Assembly: GCA_029953675.1 (NCBI GenBank)
Contig: JAMWBK010000003.1
Location: forward strand, 2,542,001 to 2,606,000
Reading direction: 5' to 3'
Source of the DNA: Rhodosorus marinus CCMP1338
Taxonomy: Eukaryota > Plantae > Rhodophyta
Length of the DNA stretch: 64,000 nt
The notes beneath the pieces were generated by a model, which was given only the letters and a program-made list of their open reading frames with translations, made no database searches and was not told the origin of the DNA. Each line of letters opens with the position of its first letter. Positions within the stretch are counted from its first letter, which is position 1. Both the position numbers and the translations under genes were made by a program. Below are positions 1 through 10,434 of the stretch, piece by piece.

Positions 1-802
1 TCTCAGCTCTCCTCTTCGAATCGCAGAGAACAGCTCCCTAACCTCATCGGCATCCGACGCGGGGTTGAAGAACTCCTCGAGACTACCAAGAGGATCAGAG
101 AAAACGTGGGGCGGATTGTGACAGTCAGAGGCGTACAGGAAAGAGGGCAACTAGGACTGTGGGAGGTGCTTCGTCTTTACCTCTGGCCTTCAGCGTCACT
201 GTCAAGGCATCGGACGACTTCCGGAAGCCATAAGCGTCTGATTGACGCTCGGGAAGGCACCCAAGTTAAGTCGTGTACAAACACAACGCCATCAGCTTCT
301 AGCCGACGAAGGAATACCAGCCTACTATCTTCAAATTTAGCAGAGCCCCCTACATCACAGAATTCTACCAAGATCGAAGAATTTTGATCCAGCTGATGTT
401 TCCGAACGTGGATCCTACATCCCACTGTCCACCCGCTGCTTCCCCAGGAGACAGAAATTGGCAGAAAGCGATGAACAGAAGAAACATCGACGCATCGCTC
501 AGGAACCCATAAAAGGCATTCTCTCAGGGAAAACAAAAAGCATCCAGATCTTACCCCTCGTTCGAGACCTCATCCGCCTTACTCCCTCGCCTACACAATG
601 ACTTGCACAAGGCTGTCTTACCAACGCCAGTATCTCCGAACACGAAAATTCTGAATTTTTTTCCACACAGCAGACAACACAACAAAAGAACAACACAAAT
701 AAACGACGATCAGTATCGGATCTAACTCAGCTCTGGGGTTACGTTAAGAGTACCAAAAGACCTTCTCCGTCCTTACCTGACCCTTGGGAGCTCTTCAGAC
801 AT
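1..802 (-). CDS. RABL3: Rab-like small GTPase (RABL3/LIP1-like), intron-split, 3' end runs off the window start
   Basis: Manual splicing: exon 802-777 (MSEELPRVR), GT..AG intron 776-651, exon 650-555 with P-loop IFVFGDTGVGKT. The next exon reads GWTVGCRIHV...VEFCDVGGS...GVVFVHDLT, matching the RABL3-family WTVGC / DVGG / HDLT motifs from memory. Confidence 0.75.
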
Positions 803-949
803 AACCAGCCACCCTCCCGAAGGAGAAGAAAAGAAAACAGATACAAAACCAATACCGAGCAAACTACAACAAAAAAAACTGAAGAGACCATTCACCAATT
901 GCCCTCAACAGGAAAGGAAGTATTTCACTCCCACGTCTTCATCACGCCG

Positions 950-1821
950 AAACTAGTAAACACCACTGTTGAGTAGGAAGACCCACATCATCGTTAAATC
1001 ATCATGCGTTTATTCAGAGCCTAACTAGTTGAGATGCAAGACTCAAAGACGCTGATGACGCACGTCCAAAAATAAACCAGCGTTTGAACGACAGAGAGTC
1101 ATTAGACATCTCCGTGAAGACCCTGTCATAACACCCTGAGTCGCTCTGAAAGAGAGCACGAAGCCAAAGCACTCGATGTGAATGGATCAATCCGATATGA
1201 CAATGCCGAGTCACACGAAGCGTACGGTGTAACATTGTCTCATCGTGCTGGGATTGTTTTCATTGCCGCGTTGGCCGAGCTGCAGCTGCACGGCGCCGAG
1301 TGGACACAGGAAGGTACCTGGTCGCCAGAGGGCAAGGAATAGAAAGGTCGTTCAACTCACTTCGACGTGCACTCAGATGAATGCAACCTTTCATCCACTT
1401 GTCCTCAGTGTGCCTGAAGTGGATAAACCAACGCACCATATAACTTAAAAAGCCGTCACTGAAAAGAGTATCTGGTCTGGAACACGAGGTCCTCTGAAAA
1501 CGTTGGCAAGCCTCTGTGTCTAGGACACGACCTTCGAGTCGTTCTTGCCATCTAAGCAGCCCCACATCGCAGGGACAGCACAAGGAGGTACACTGGCTCG
1601 GCAAGTGTGGTTCAGTGCTGTGGACAGAGCCCTTTTTTGGTTTTGGGAACATCTTGTTTAGAGAGCAGCTGATCTCGAGCACAAAAAACCTTTGGAAACG
1701 TTTGGCAAACCTTAACGTCCCAGGACGAACTGAAAACCAGCTACCAACCGCGTCCTCTGGTTCCTCCGAGCTGCACTCGCAAAGCAGGGAGGATGTCAAT
1801 ACTATTTACATAGAGCGGCAT
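950..1821 (-). other. Possible intron-rich orphan gene, unresolved
   Basis: Several short open stretches are flanked by GT donors and pyrimidine-AG acceptors on the minus strand (ORFs 1260..1799 and 1014..1235 in part). No family recognised. Confidence 0.2.
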
Positions 1822-2006
1822 GCCTAGTCTCAGGGTTGCGCGTGTGGGTGAGGTTCCAGGATTCGCAAGCTCAATTTTTGTTGCTCTTTATACACGAGAG
1901 AGCCCGGCGCCGACGAGAGCAATATTCATCTCTATCTGTTCGGTCATACATGAAGAATCACGAGCCTAGCTCCGGAACTGCTGGGTTTTTGTGGATGCGT
2001 GCATCC

Positions 2007-4130
2007 CTATTCAAGACTATCCTTCTCTCTAATGCGTCTGGCCAGAACGTCGATCACTTCGGCCCGAGAAGATCCCTTCGCCACGTCATCGGAACCACGC
2101 TTTCTGACTTCCATTCTGGTCGTTGCTAGAAACGTTCTGGTGTAGAGGTTCGGTGACTTCTCCTCCATTCTACGTAGTAATCTTTCCACAAAGTACGCTG
2201 GGTTTGCCAGTTTTAATGACCCGCAGATGGCTGCCTGAAACACCACAGGCGATGGTCGTTTCGCGTTCTCGTGAAGGTCGTCGATGTACCTCGGATCGTA
2301 CTCAACCAGCAGTGCACACGTTTCTTCAATTCCCAGGCGTTCAACAAGGTCTCTGGCGTGGAATTCGTTCCCTTCATCGAGGAACGCCTTGATAATCGTG
2401 TCAGTTGCGGATAAGTCTCCTTCTGAGCCCCTACACCTCTCTACCATCCTTGTGAAAAGCGGTTCGTTAACGCGTAACACCGACATCATCTTCGGGACGG
2501 TCCCATCGTCTGACAGAAGCTCCTTGTGAGCCTGGAGTGGAACCCGATCCAAAATCTTCATGACGGAAGCTAAGCTGTCGTCGGCGAAGCTCCTATTAAG
2601 CAACACTCGAAAGATTTCGGCATCTGGGAGCACGTCCTTCGACCTCATAGCATCGATGAACTCCGTCGGCAGAAACGTCTTCTTCTGTAGGATTTCCTTG
2701 AACATTATGACATCAACATCTTTCATGCTTTTCAAAAGATGGTAGGCGTGATCTACTCGTCCCAGTTCGAGCAAACAATTGAAAATTCGACGACAGCTCT
2801 TGTCGTAAAGAGCCATTCCCACGAACAGCGGTTTCAGCAGTTCTTCTACATTTTCAAGCTTACCCTTGCTGCTACGAAGATTCCTTTCCACCACCGCAAC
2901 GGAAACGCGTGGCGAGTCGTTGATCATCTTCTCCAGCTTATCTTCAGGGACGCCTGGGAGCCCTAGAGTGATTAACGCTGATGCATACTGCTCGGTCAGT
3001 GGCAGTTCACCAAGATGACTAAAACACTTCTGGATTTTCTGCGCATGGGCGGTTTTTTGCGAATGCAAATGTGCGAGCAGAAGATCTCCACAAGTATCCG
3101 CGAGAATGCCTCCAAGCGAAGACAGATCTTCCCTATGAGACAGAGTTTCGAGCGGAAACTTTGCAATCTCATCCATCTGTTTGAGAGCTTGTTCAAGGTC
3201 CCGTTTGTGGACGCTCATTCGCAGTCTTAGGCATTTGATGACCAGTCTATCCGAAGCCCTAGACTCCGTGAGCTGTTGGAGGGTCGAGTTGAACTTGTCA
3301 AGCTGTCCTTCACCCAAAAACTTGGACAGCACGTAGTAGCATTCCTTTGCCGGCAGTTTCGCGCCGTCCTGGAGGGCATTTTCGAGGACAGCCGCGGCCT
3401 TCCTGGTACGACCGATTGCCAGGTAGGCGTCGTGCATAGCCCGAATGGGCTCAGCAGTGAGTTCTGAGTTCGTCTTGAGGTAAAATTCGCATAGTGATAT
3501 CACTTCCGCCGGGTCTGTTGTCGACCTGATCTTCTCGAGCAAGGCTTGACGCTGATTCCGCTTCTCCTTCTCCGCGTTCACTTTCCCCTCGGTAGTTAAG
3601 TTCAGGTTCGATGGGATGTTTTCTAGAATACTGAGTTCAACGTAGAGTAGCGCCGTGCACTGCCTGACCAGCTCTTCCTTATCCGTCAATTCGTTTTGAG
3701 AATTGTGCTTCATCCGAAACTTGCAGAGGGCGTCTATTGCAACCTGTTTGGCCCTCGAGAAGTCGGTCGTACCATCCGCAGCAACCTCTCGCAGAGCCAA
3801 AGCAACGGCTTCCGGGCCTCGTCTCCATGCGGATCTGATTCTGTTCAAGTACAATTCATCAGGTACTGGAACCTCACCTTCCCGCAGAGACCTAATAAAC
3901 TGTCTCAGCTCAATTTCAGATCCCGATTTCGCCATGGATCTACTGATAGCAACCAGGTCATCCTCTGATGCCTTCTTAACAAGATCAGCATGTTGCCGAA
4001 CATCTATCGCAACCTGGGCCAGCTCCTTTCGTCTCGGACCGGGAGTAAATCTCTCCACGGAAGCGGTCGAGGATTGCCACCTCGCTCCATAGCCGAGACG
4101 GAGAGCCCTCAAGGATCGAAATCTCATCAA
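2007..4130 (-). CDS. Helical-repeat (PPR-like) protein, probably mitochondrial
   Basis: Intronless 707-aa ORF with an Arg/Leu/Ser-rich N-terminus (MMRFRSLRALRLGYGARWQSS). Degenerate PPR-like units include IFNCLLELGRVDHAYHLLKSM and VLPDAEIFRVLLN. Confidence 0.65.
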   Translation of the reverse strand: MMRFRSLRALRLGYGARWQSSTASVERFTPGPRRKELAQVAIDVRQHADLVKKASEDDLVAISRSMAKSGSEIELRQFIRSLREGEVPVPDELYLNRIRSAWRRGPEAVALALREVAADGTTDFSRAKQVAIDALCKFRMKHNSQNELTDKEELVRQCTALLYVELSILENIPSNLNLTTEGKVNAEKEKRNQRQALLEKIRSTTDPAEVISLCEFYLKTNSELTAEPIRAMHDAYLAIGRTRKAAAVLENALQDGAKLPAKECYYVLSKFLGEGQLDKFNSTLQQLTESRASDRLVIKCLRLRMSVHKRDLEQALKQMDEIAKFPLETLSHREDLSSLGGILADTCGDLLLAHLHSQKTAHAQKIQKCFSHLGELPLTEQYASALITLGLPGVPEDKLEKMINDSPRVSVAVVERNLRSSKGKLENVEELLKPLFVGMALYDKSCRRIFNCLLELGRVDHAYHLLKSMKDVDVIMFKEILQKKTFLPTEFIDAMRSKDVLPDAEIFRVLLNRSFADDSLASVMKILDRVPLQAHKELLSDDGTVPKMMSVLRVNEPLFTRMVERCRGSEGDLSATDTIIKAFLDEGNEFHARDLVERLGIEETCALLVEYDPRYIDDLHENAKRPSPVVFQAAICGSLKLANPAYFVERLLRRMEEKSPNLYTRTFLATTRMEVRKRGSDDVAKGSSRAEVIDVLARRIREKDSLE

Positions 4131-4649
4131 ATTACTGAACGTACTTAATATATGTACACACTATGCTAGACGTTCCCCTCCAAGCTCCTTAACCCCTGGG
4201 GCTCCCCATCCCCCCCTAACCAAAGCTCAGCTTCTCTGTGTTTTACTGGAAACCAACTACCAGCCGGTGCCTTACGAGAGGGAAACGGGAGTGACAGGCG
4301 TGTGACTACTAACTCACCAGTAAGCACTAACTACTAAAAACTACGGCACCATCGTAACTGCGAAGTGCATCCCAAGAGCTAGCTCCCCACACCGTGCGGC
4401 TCATCGCGGCAAGAGGTGAATGGCACTTCTTTGGGTCCTCCTACTACGACGGCCTGTCCCAATTCAGTTTTATCATGTCTGTTTCTGCATAGCATACTAT
4501 TGCTAAATATTTTATCATAATACAGATAGTATCTCGCAGATCGTTATTGTTTTCGGTAATAAACATATCCCATAAATAGAATATAAGTACTTTTATTCGC
4601 TTGTGTGCTGTGTCAATTAACTCGAATATCTGATGTAAATGTTATTTTG

Positions 4650-5640
4650 GGACTTTGACACGGTGGTTAGATGGCTTAAGGCTTTGAGGGGGTTTCTTAA
4701 CACCTAGTTCGCTGTGCTCGAGCTTCAGTGATAAGGATAGGCATATCCGAATTCCAGTGGACGAGGCGTAATCCGTTGGCATGGAGCCTACTTCGACATC
4801 GCCCGCGCTCGAGTAGAAAGTCCTGGTGACGGCCGTGCGACGCTTTGCGAACCAGTTTAATATGATTTAGTCACAAACTGGCGCAGATTGCGTGCTAATA
4901 TGAGCATAGTACATTTTCTACTATATGCCGAGCGCGTGAGGAGATGAGTCTGTGTTTGGGTACCAGCCGGAGACAGTCGAGAAAATACGGAAAAGAGGAC
5001 CTCTCCACCATAGCTTGTATGCATGCATGCCGGGCTGGTGAGGGGAACCGCGATTCTCTGAAAAGCTCCTGTTCGTACGGATACCAGAGTTCTAGGTGAC
5101 CCTGTCCAGGAAACCACGTCCAACCGGACCCACTCGATAACTCAAGACAGTTAAGTCCTCAGCTATGGGCTCATGTCCGGAAATGGAACAATGCCGGAGA
5201 TATTGTTGCACATGAAGCGAGTCCGAAAAAGGAAACGATATGGCTCGGGCCTTCCCATAGGTTTCAAAACTCTGATAACGAGGACCATCCTTGGAAAAAG
5301 CGACCTTGACTTCCATACGATAAACACCAGGACGCAAACTGTACAACGCAGATATAAACACGAAAGGGATCCTTGAGACCGACAGCGTTCCTGTGCTCTT
5401 ATCGCAGGTGAAGGGAATGCTGCTGATACGAAGAATCTGGGACAGACCTGGGATCGTCAATTCTCGGCAGGTTCATCGTGGGAATGGAATTTTGAGCTTC
5501 TACTTGCTATTTCAACCCGGCCTTACCTTACATCTCATAGGGTAGAGACGCAGTCGAGCTCATTTCTGTGGCTTGCACAGAGCTCTCCTGGAGGTACGAA
5601 GAGGAGGTATTGTTGCAGCGGCTAAGTATTGAAAAGCTTC
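4650..5640 (-). CDS. Uncharacterised intron-containing protein (boundaries approximate)
   Basis: ORF 5092..5460 (…ETYGKARAISFPFSDSLHVQQYLRH…LTVLSYR) joins through a GT..CAG intron in frame to GHLELWYPYEQELFRESRFP…. No family recognised. Confidence 0.35.
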
Positions 5641-6972
5641 TAGAAGCGATCGCTGTCACCATCTGTCCTGATGAGTGACAACTCCTAGCAATCTGAAACG
5701 GAGCAAGTCAGACGGCCTGGGAATCTGTACCACAGGTTGCTGACCTGCAACCAGCAGTCACCTATTGGTCAAACTCGTATAGTGCTTCGAAACCCCGAAG
5801 AAAGCGTCCCTATCATCTGACGGACCTCCCATCAACGCCAATTTAGTCAAGCAAAATGAACGTCCAGCGTGGAATCAAAAATCGGGAAACGAAACAGCCA
5901 CCGATGTGTATTCATTTTTTGATTCCAAGCTGATATGTAGCTGAGGCAATCTCGTACCTTCAGCAACAGCCGCACGCACGAATTGAACAGTCAAAAAGGC
6001 CAAAAATTCGGCGCTTGCGAGAGCTGGAATCTATAGAGTAGAACCTTCTCTATCTGTTCTAATTCACCGGAGCAGATCAGTTGCAAAGTCTGCTTTTAGA
6101 TACAGACGCGAGAGCCGTTTAGGCACCCGCCCGCGTGTGGGGCTAAGGAGTACCAAAACCTATGCGAAAAGTCGGCCCGCTATCAAATCCACCGACTCAA
6201 GGGCCAGCCATCTTCTGCTTAACCCATCAAAAACAGAGAACATATCAAATTGATTCCAAGACCTCATGCCAAACCTGCTCCGGCCATACATGCCCCATAT
6301 ATTGAAGATTTGTCATCAATCGATATTGAGTGGAAAACTCGGAAGGGGCCTACACAGCATTGTACAAAGCTGGAAAACTCTTCTATCTCTGTAGAAAGAG
6401 ATTAGCCGGGTTGCAGATACTCGATCTGGTTCTTAAGACAAAGGAGAGAGGGGCGGGTTCGGGGGGTTGGCGACGACCGCGAAAAGCGAACCGAACAGAC
6501 GCCCCGCTATCAAATCTATCAAATCTATCATAGGAGCTGTTCCCACAAGATCTATATCCCTTTCCATTCAAGCCCAAAACTCAAAGAAGAAATGGACATA
6601 AGAGAGCCAATGCCAACAGTCCTCACCTCTATCGGCCGTATCTTCTCCTTCCCTCCAAAAAAGATAAATCAATGTACGGGAAAATCGCCTGAATTGCATC
6701 CGAATTCGTTGAATGCTTTCAATATACCCGTTTTGGACAGCTCAAGAATAAGAAAAAAAGGAAGGAACAACACCTGAACACTGTGATGGCGGCGTGGAAT
6801 TATACCACTGTACTGATAGGGACAATAAATTGATTGGCTTAGTTATCACATAAAACACTTTTTTTTAGATGAATGCATTGGATCATTACGGAAAAACGGG
6901 CTTTTGATGTTTATCTTGATTGATTAAGATGGTGCACTCGTTTGGTTTTTTTGGTTTTTAATAAATTTTTAG

Positions 6973-8083
6973 ATGGATATTCGTAGATTGAACAACGTAT
7001 TGGTTGAGCGGACGGTGTTTTGGATTGACCTAGTTGGTGGGTTTCATTCATTGGAAGATATTCACAGCATTGTGGAATTGAAAGGGGTTGCCCCTACTGA
7101 CAAGCTTGCAAGTGGCGTTCGTGAAGATGCTAGGATATTGGAATCGTTGGCAATGGGGGGTGGCAAAAGCTCCAACGTTTCCCGCAATGACCCCAAGACT
7201 ATTTTTCCACGACAATGTCATCAAAAGTTTCAAGACAAGCCATGAAGTCAATATTTCACCTAAGACGTGGGCAGCATGCCTGCCCAAGCCCGCAGGAAAG
7301 CGAAGCCACTGTTCGCCAAGCCCGCAGGGAAGCGAAGCCACTGTTCGCCAAGTCCGCAGGGAAGCGAAGCCACTGTTCGCCAAGTCCGCAGGGAAGCGAA
7401 GCCACTGTTCGCCAAGCCCGCAGGGAAGCGAAGCCACTGTTCGCCAAGCCCGCAGGGAAGTGAAGCCACTGTTCGCCAAGCCCGCAGGGAAGCGAAGCCA
7501 CTGTTCGCCAAGCCGCAGGGAAGCGAAGCCACTGTTCGCCAAGCCCGCAGGTGGAGATGCAGCACAGCACTCCCATATGGATCCGACTCTCTCATAGTTG
7601 ATACATAAACCCACTTGGTTGCGGGCATTTACTCACAATAACTATGGTTCTTCGACCCATGAACATATTAATTAAAGTGTACACAAACGGAAAACCTGGG
7701 AGGACGGTCCCTCCTGCTCCTAGCTCTAGAGGCAAATTATGTACGTTTCCTTTTGGAGGAATGCTTGAACTTCGACGATTATCTAGTTATCAACATCGTG
7801 GCAACCGACGAGCGGCGGCTCGGCTTCTTTGGCAATTCCACACCAGCTACCAGCTTCTTCTCCGACTCTTTCAGCAGGAGTTCCAGGCAACTTGCTATAG
7901 GTCTTCCCCGTGTGGGTGTCAAGCTGAACGAACGAAAAACAAAGGCACGACAATTTTAAGACTACAAATTACAGTACAACCAAAAAAAATGAGCTGACGA
8001 TGCATTTCTACTCACATAATAATGCCACGGAGCGCGGCTCATAACTCTCACTTGGAAGCGAATTTGCGGGCTTCCGACTCTAG
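6973..8083 (+). pseudogene. Putative decayed reverse-transcriptase-like sequence (retroelement relic)
   Basis: Motifs in RT order across broken frames: DIRRLN (6976), WIDLVGGFHSL (7021-7053), TALPYG (7564-7581), FDDYLVI (7771), GVKLNERKTK (7915-7944), EFAGFRL (about 8059). Interrupted by stops, frame changes and a tandem array. Confidence 0.3.
7284..7550 (+). repeat. 32-bp tandem repeat, about 8.3 copies, consensus GCCAAGCCCGCAGGGAAGCGAAGCCACTGTTC
   Basis: Read directly: CCAAG recurs at 7284, 7316, 7348 and onward. Only a few substitutions and one 31-bp unit. No spacers. Confidence 0.98.
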
Positions 8084-10434
8084 ACTCAACCAACTCCGCG
8101 CAGCTACCCATCTCGATCTCAATCCCAGCACTCTCAACTCTGTTCTCAACTCTCATCGTGCTCCCATACCTCAAGCAAGTTACTTCCTGTACTCTGTGGA
8201 CATAAATAACCTTCAAAAACCCTATCTCATGATGCCACTCTCCCTGACATCCCCCCCTCCCGCTCCGCTGCCACCCACCCCCTTGAGCAAAAACCCTATA
8301 TGTATACGAGTTACGTTCACACCGCGTGTTCCCTGTGCGCAACTTTCTTTCCACTGGAAATTTTCAATGCCCGCAAGTGAACTCGATTTCTTCTCTGAAA
8401 ACCCAATTCCGACCATTGAAAATAGTAATTTCCAACTGAAAATACGAACATCTACCAATAACAAGTCATTACAGTTTAAAAATTATTATTTTCAAATACA
8501 TTTTATCCAATGAAAACACGTCCATTCAATCTTCCAGCGAATTTTTACTTGGGATTCTGGTTATATTTTTGTACTATTCAGGTTTCTCTGTGAGTCTAAA
8601 AGATACCCTATCTGTACATCACCAATCTAACGTGGCGGAAAAAAAAAAGCCCACCAAAAATAGAATCAACCCCTGGCAAAATGACAAAATCTGAGAAAGG
8701 ATGCACACATAGGAGTATGAAATCAGTCGAAATGGTATCTAAAGGACAATATTTCTACGAGAATACCTTAAGTGTTTGAAAGTACACTGAAATTGCTCAA
8801 GGGGGGGGAGAAGGTGCAGATGCAGCAAGGGGACCGGGGTAACCAGTATCGGACTATCGATCTGTGGAAATCAAAAGTAAGCCTTTCGCAAGCCTGCCAT
8901 CTTAGTATGGTACTAGAAAATGTAAACTTCAGTCAATAACAGAGAGAATCTATTTTTTATTGGCCAGAAATTCCTGTTTCCAAGAATACAATCATTTTCC
9001 ACGATAATTGACTGAAATATGCGAGGAATGCAATGCGCTGGCGAAAGTATCTGGGAAACTTTCAATATTTGTGTAGAAAATTGTCCTGTTAGACTAGGGA
9101 AGAGGTAATTTTGATGATGTAATGAACTAATTGGCTTATAGCAAAAAAGTTTCTTGCAGGGCAGTGGAAACTTAATTGCTGGTAAAGAGGGGTGGAAAAT
9201 ATTCGACTGAAACGAAAATACGCGAATTTAATTTATTAAAATGGAGTAAGATGCCATGAGGCAAAAATCCCGGGAAGGGTAACAATTCGCACAAAAAAGA
9301 AAAAAAGCAATGTCTAGCATGTGATAGGACACATTTCTTGATATTTGTCGAGAATTTTTTAGATACTTTAGAGGCATTCATATCAAAATAGAATTTTTTC
9401 CTACCTCTGATCTCGTTATTTTAGATATTTCGGAATGGCGCCCTATTTTTGTTTTTTTTTTTGGTCACGTTTTTTGGGATTGTGGTCCCGTGTCATTCGA
9501 TTGCCGGCTGCAATTTTGAGGCGCTGAGTCATATATATTCATATAGAATATTTTCCTTCGGTTTGCTGGCGGAATATGATCACGTAAGTCAATCCTTACG
9601 AACCCCCCCCCATTTCAATTTCGAAACCAAAATCCCTATGGGACAACCATGAATTCCTAGTTATTCTTATATTATTTTTTGGATCTCATCAGAATCTCAA
9701 GCATTTTCGTTCGTGTCGGATTTTTTGAAGGGGATGGGGGGGGGGGGGAGGGAAAGGTGACTTGATTTGGCAAGCATGAGGGGAAGGGCGAGGGGATGAA
9801 CTTTGGGAGAACAGCTCTGCAGAGTCCATTTTTAGCGGAAACAAAGAGGATGACTGATCTATGAATAGCTGTTTTTAGGGTGGTCTGTTCTGGTAATTGT
9901 CCATGGCGGCGGAATTTTGCTGTGCGTTCTTCATGTCAGTCTACATGCCGTCGGCTAGGTCAATTGTGTTGTGAAGGCGGCTTGGGAGGGCATTTATTCC
10001 CTTATCATTTCTGATACTGATTGAGAAAGTGCGATGAAGTGGTCCCAAGTCGATGTTTCGAGATATTCTGTTGACAAGTAGAAACGCTCTTGATTAGCTT
10101 TCCAAAGCCCAAAATTCAAGTACGGAGAGATTATGCGGTCAGGGCACCACCTCTACGGGTGGACGGGGAAACCGTCAGCCGAAACGTATTGCAAGTGGAA
10201 GAAGCACGAGAATTCAAAATTGGGACGTTCTGATATGTCAAAATATCTCTAAGCCGGACGTGTGTTTTTTCTTTCGACGATTCACGGCTGTTTCCATTAC
10301 GGGACCAGTTTGTTTCGTAGGGTTTTGGGGTGACTGACGTCTCAGGGAAACCCTGCGAAATTCCGCGATTATCGCATCTTGTCCAACATTTTCCGGGTTT
10401 ACGTTAACAGGTTTTGTTGCAGCTGCTTGCCTCC

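Noticed and set aside
4815-4823. AGAAAGTCC resembling the RNase P/MRP CR-I motif
   Set aside because: No matching CR-V/P4 partner found, and the opposite strand has open exon-like frames.
7284-7550. CRISPR array (32-bp palindromic repeats)
   Set aside because: Units are head-to-tail with no unique spacers, there are no cas genes, and the context is eukaryotic.
7048-7628. The many long ORFs on both strands through the 32-bp array
   Set aside because: They are by-products of a stop-free repeat and show no independent coding evidence.
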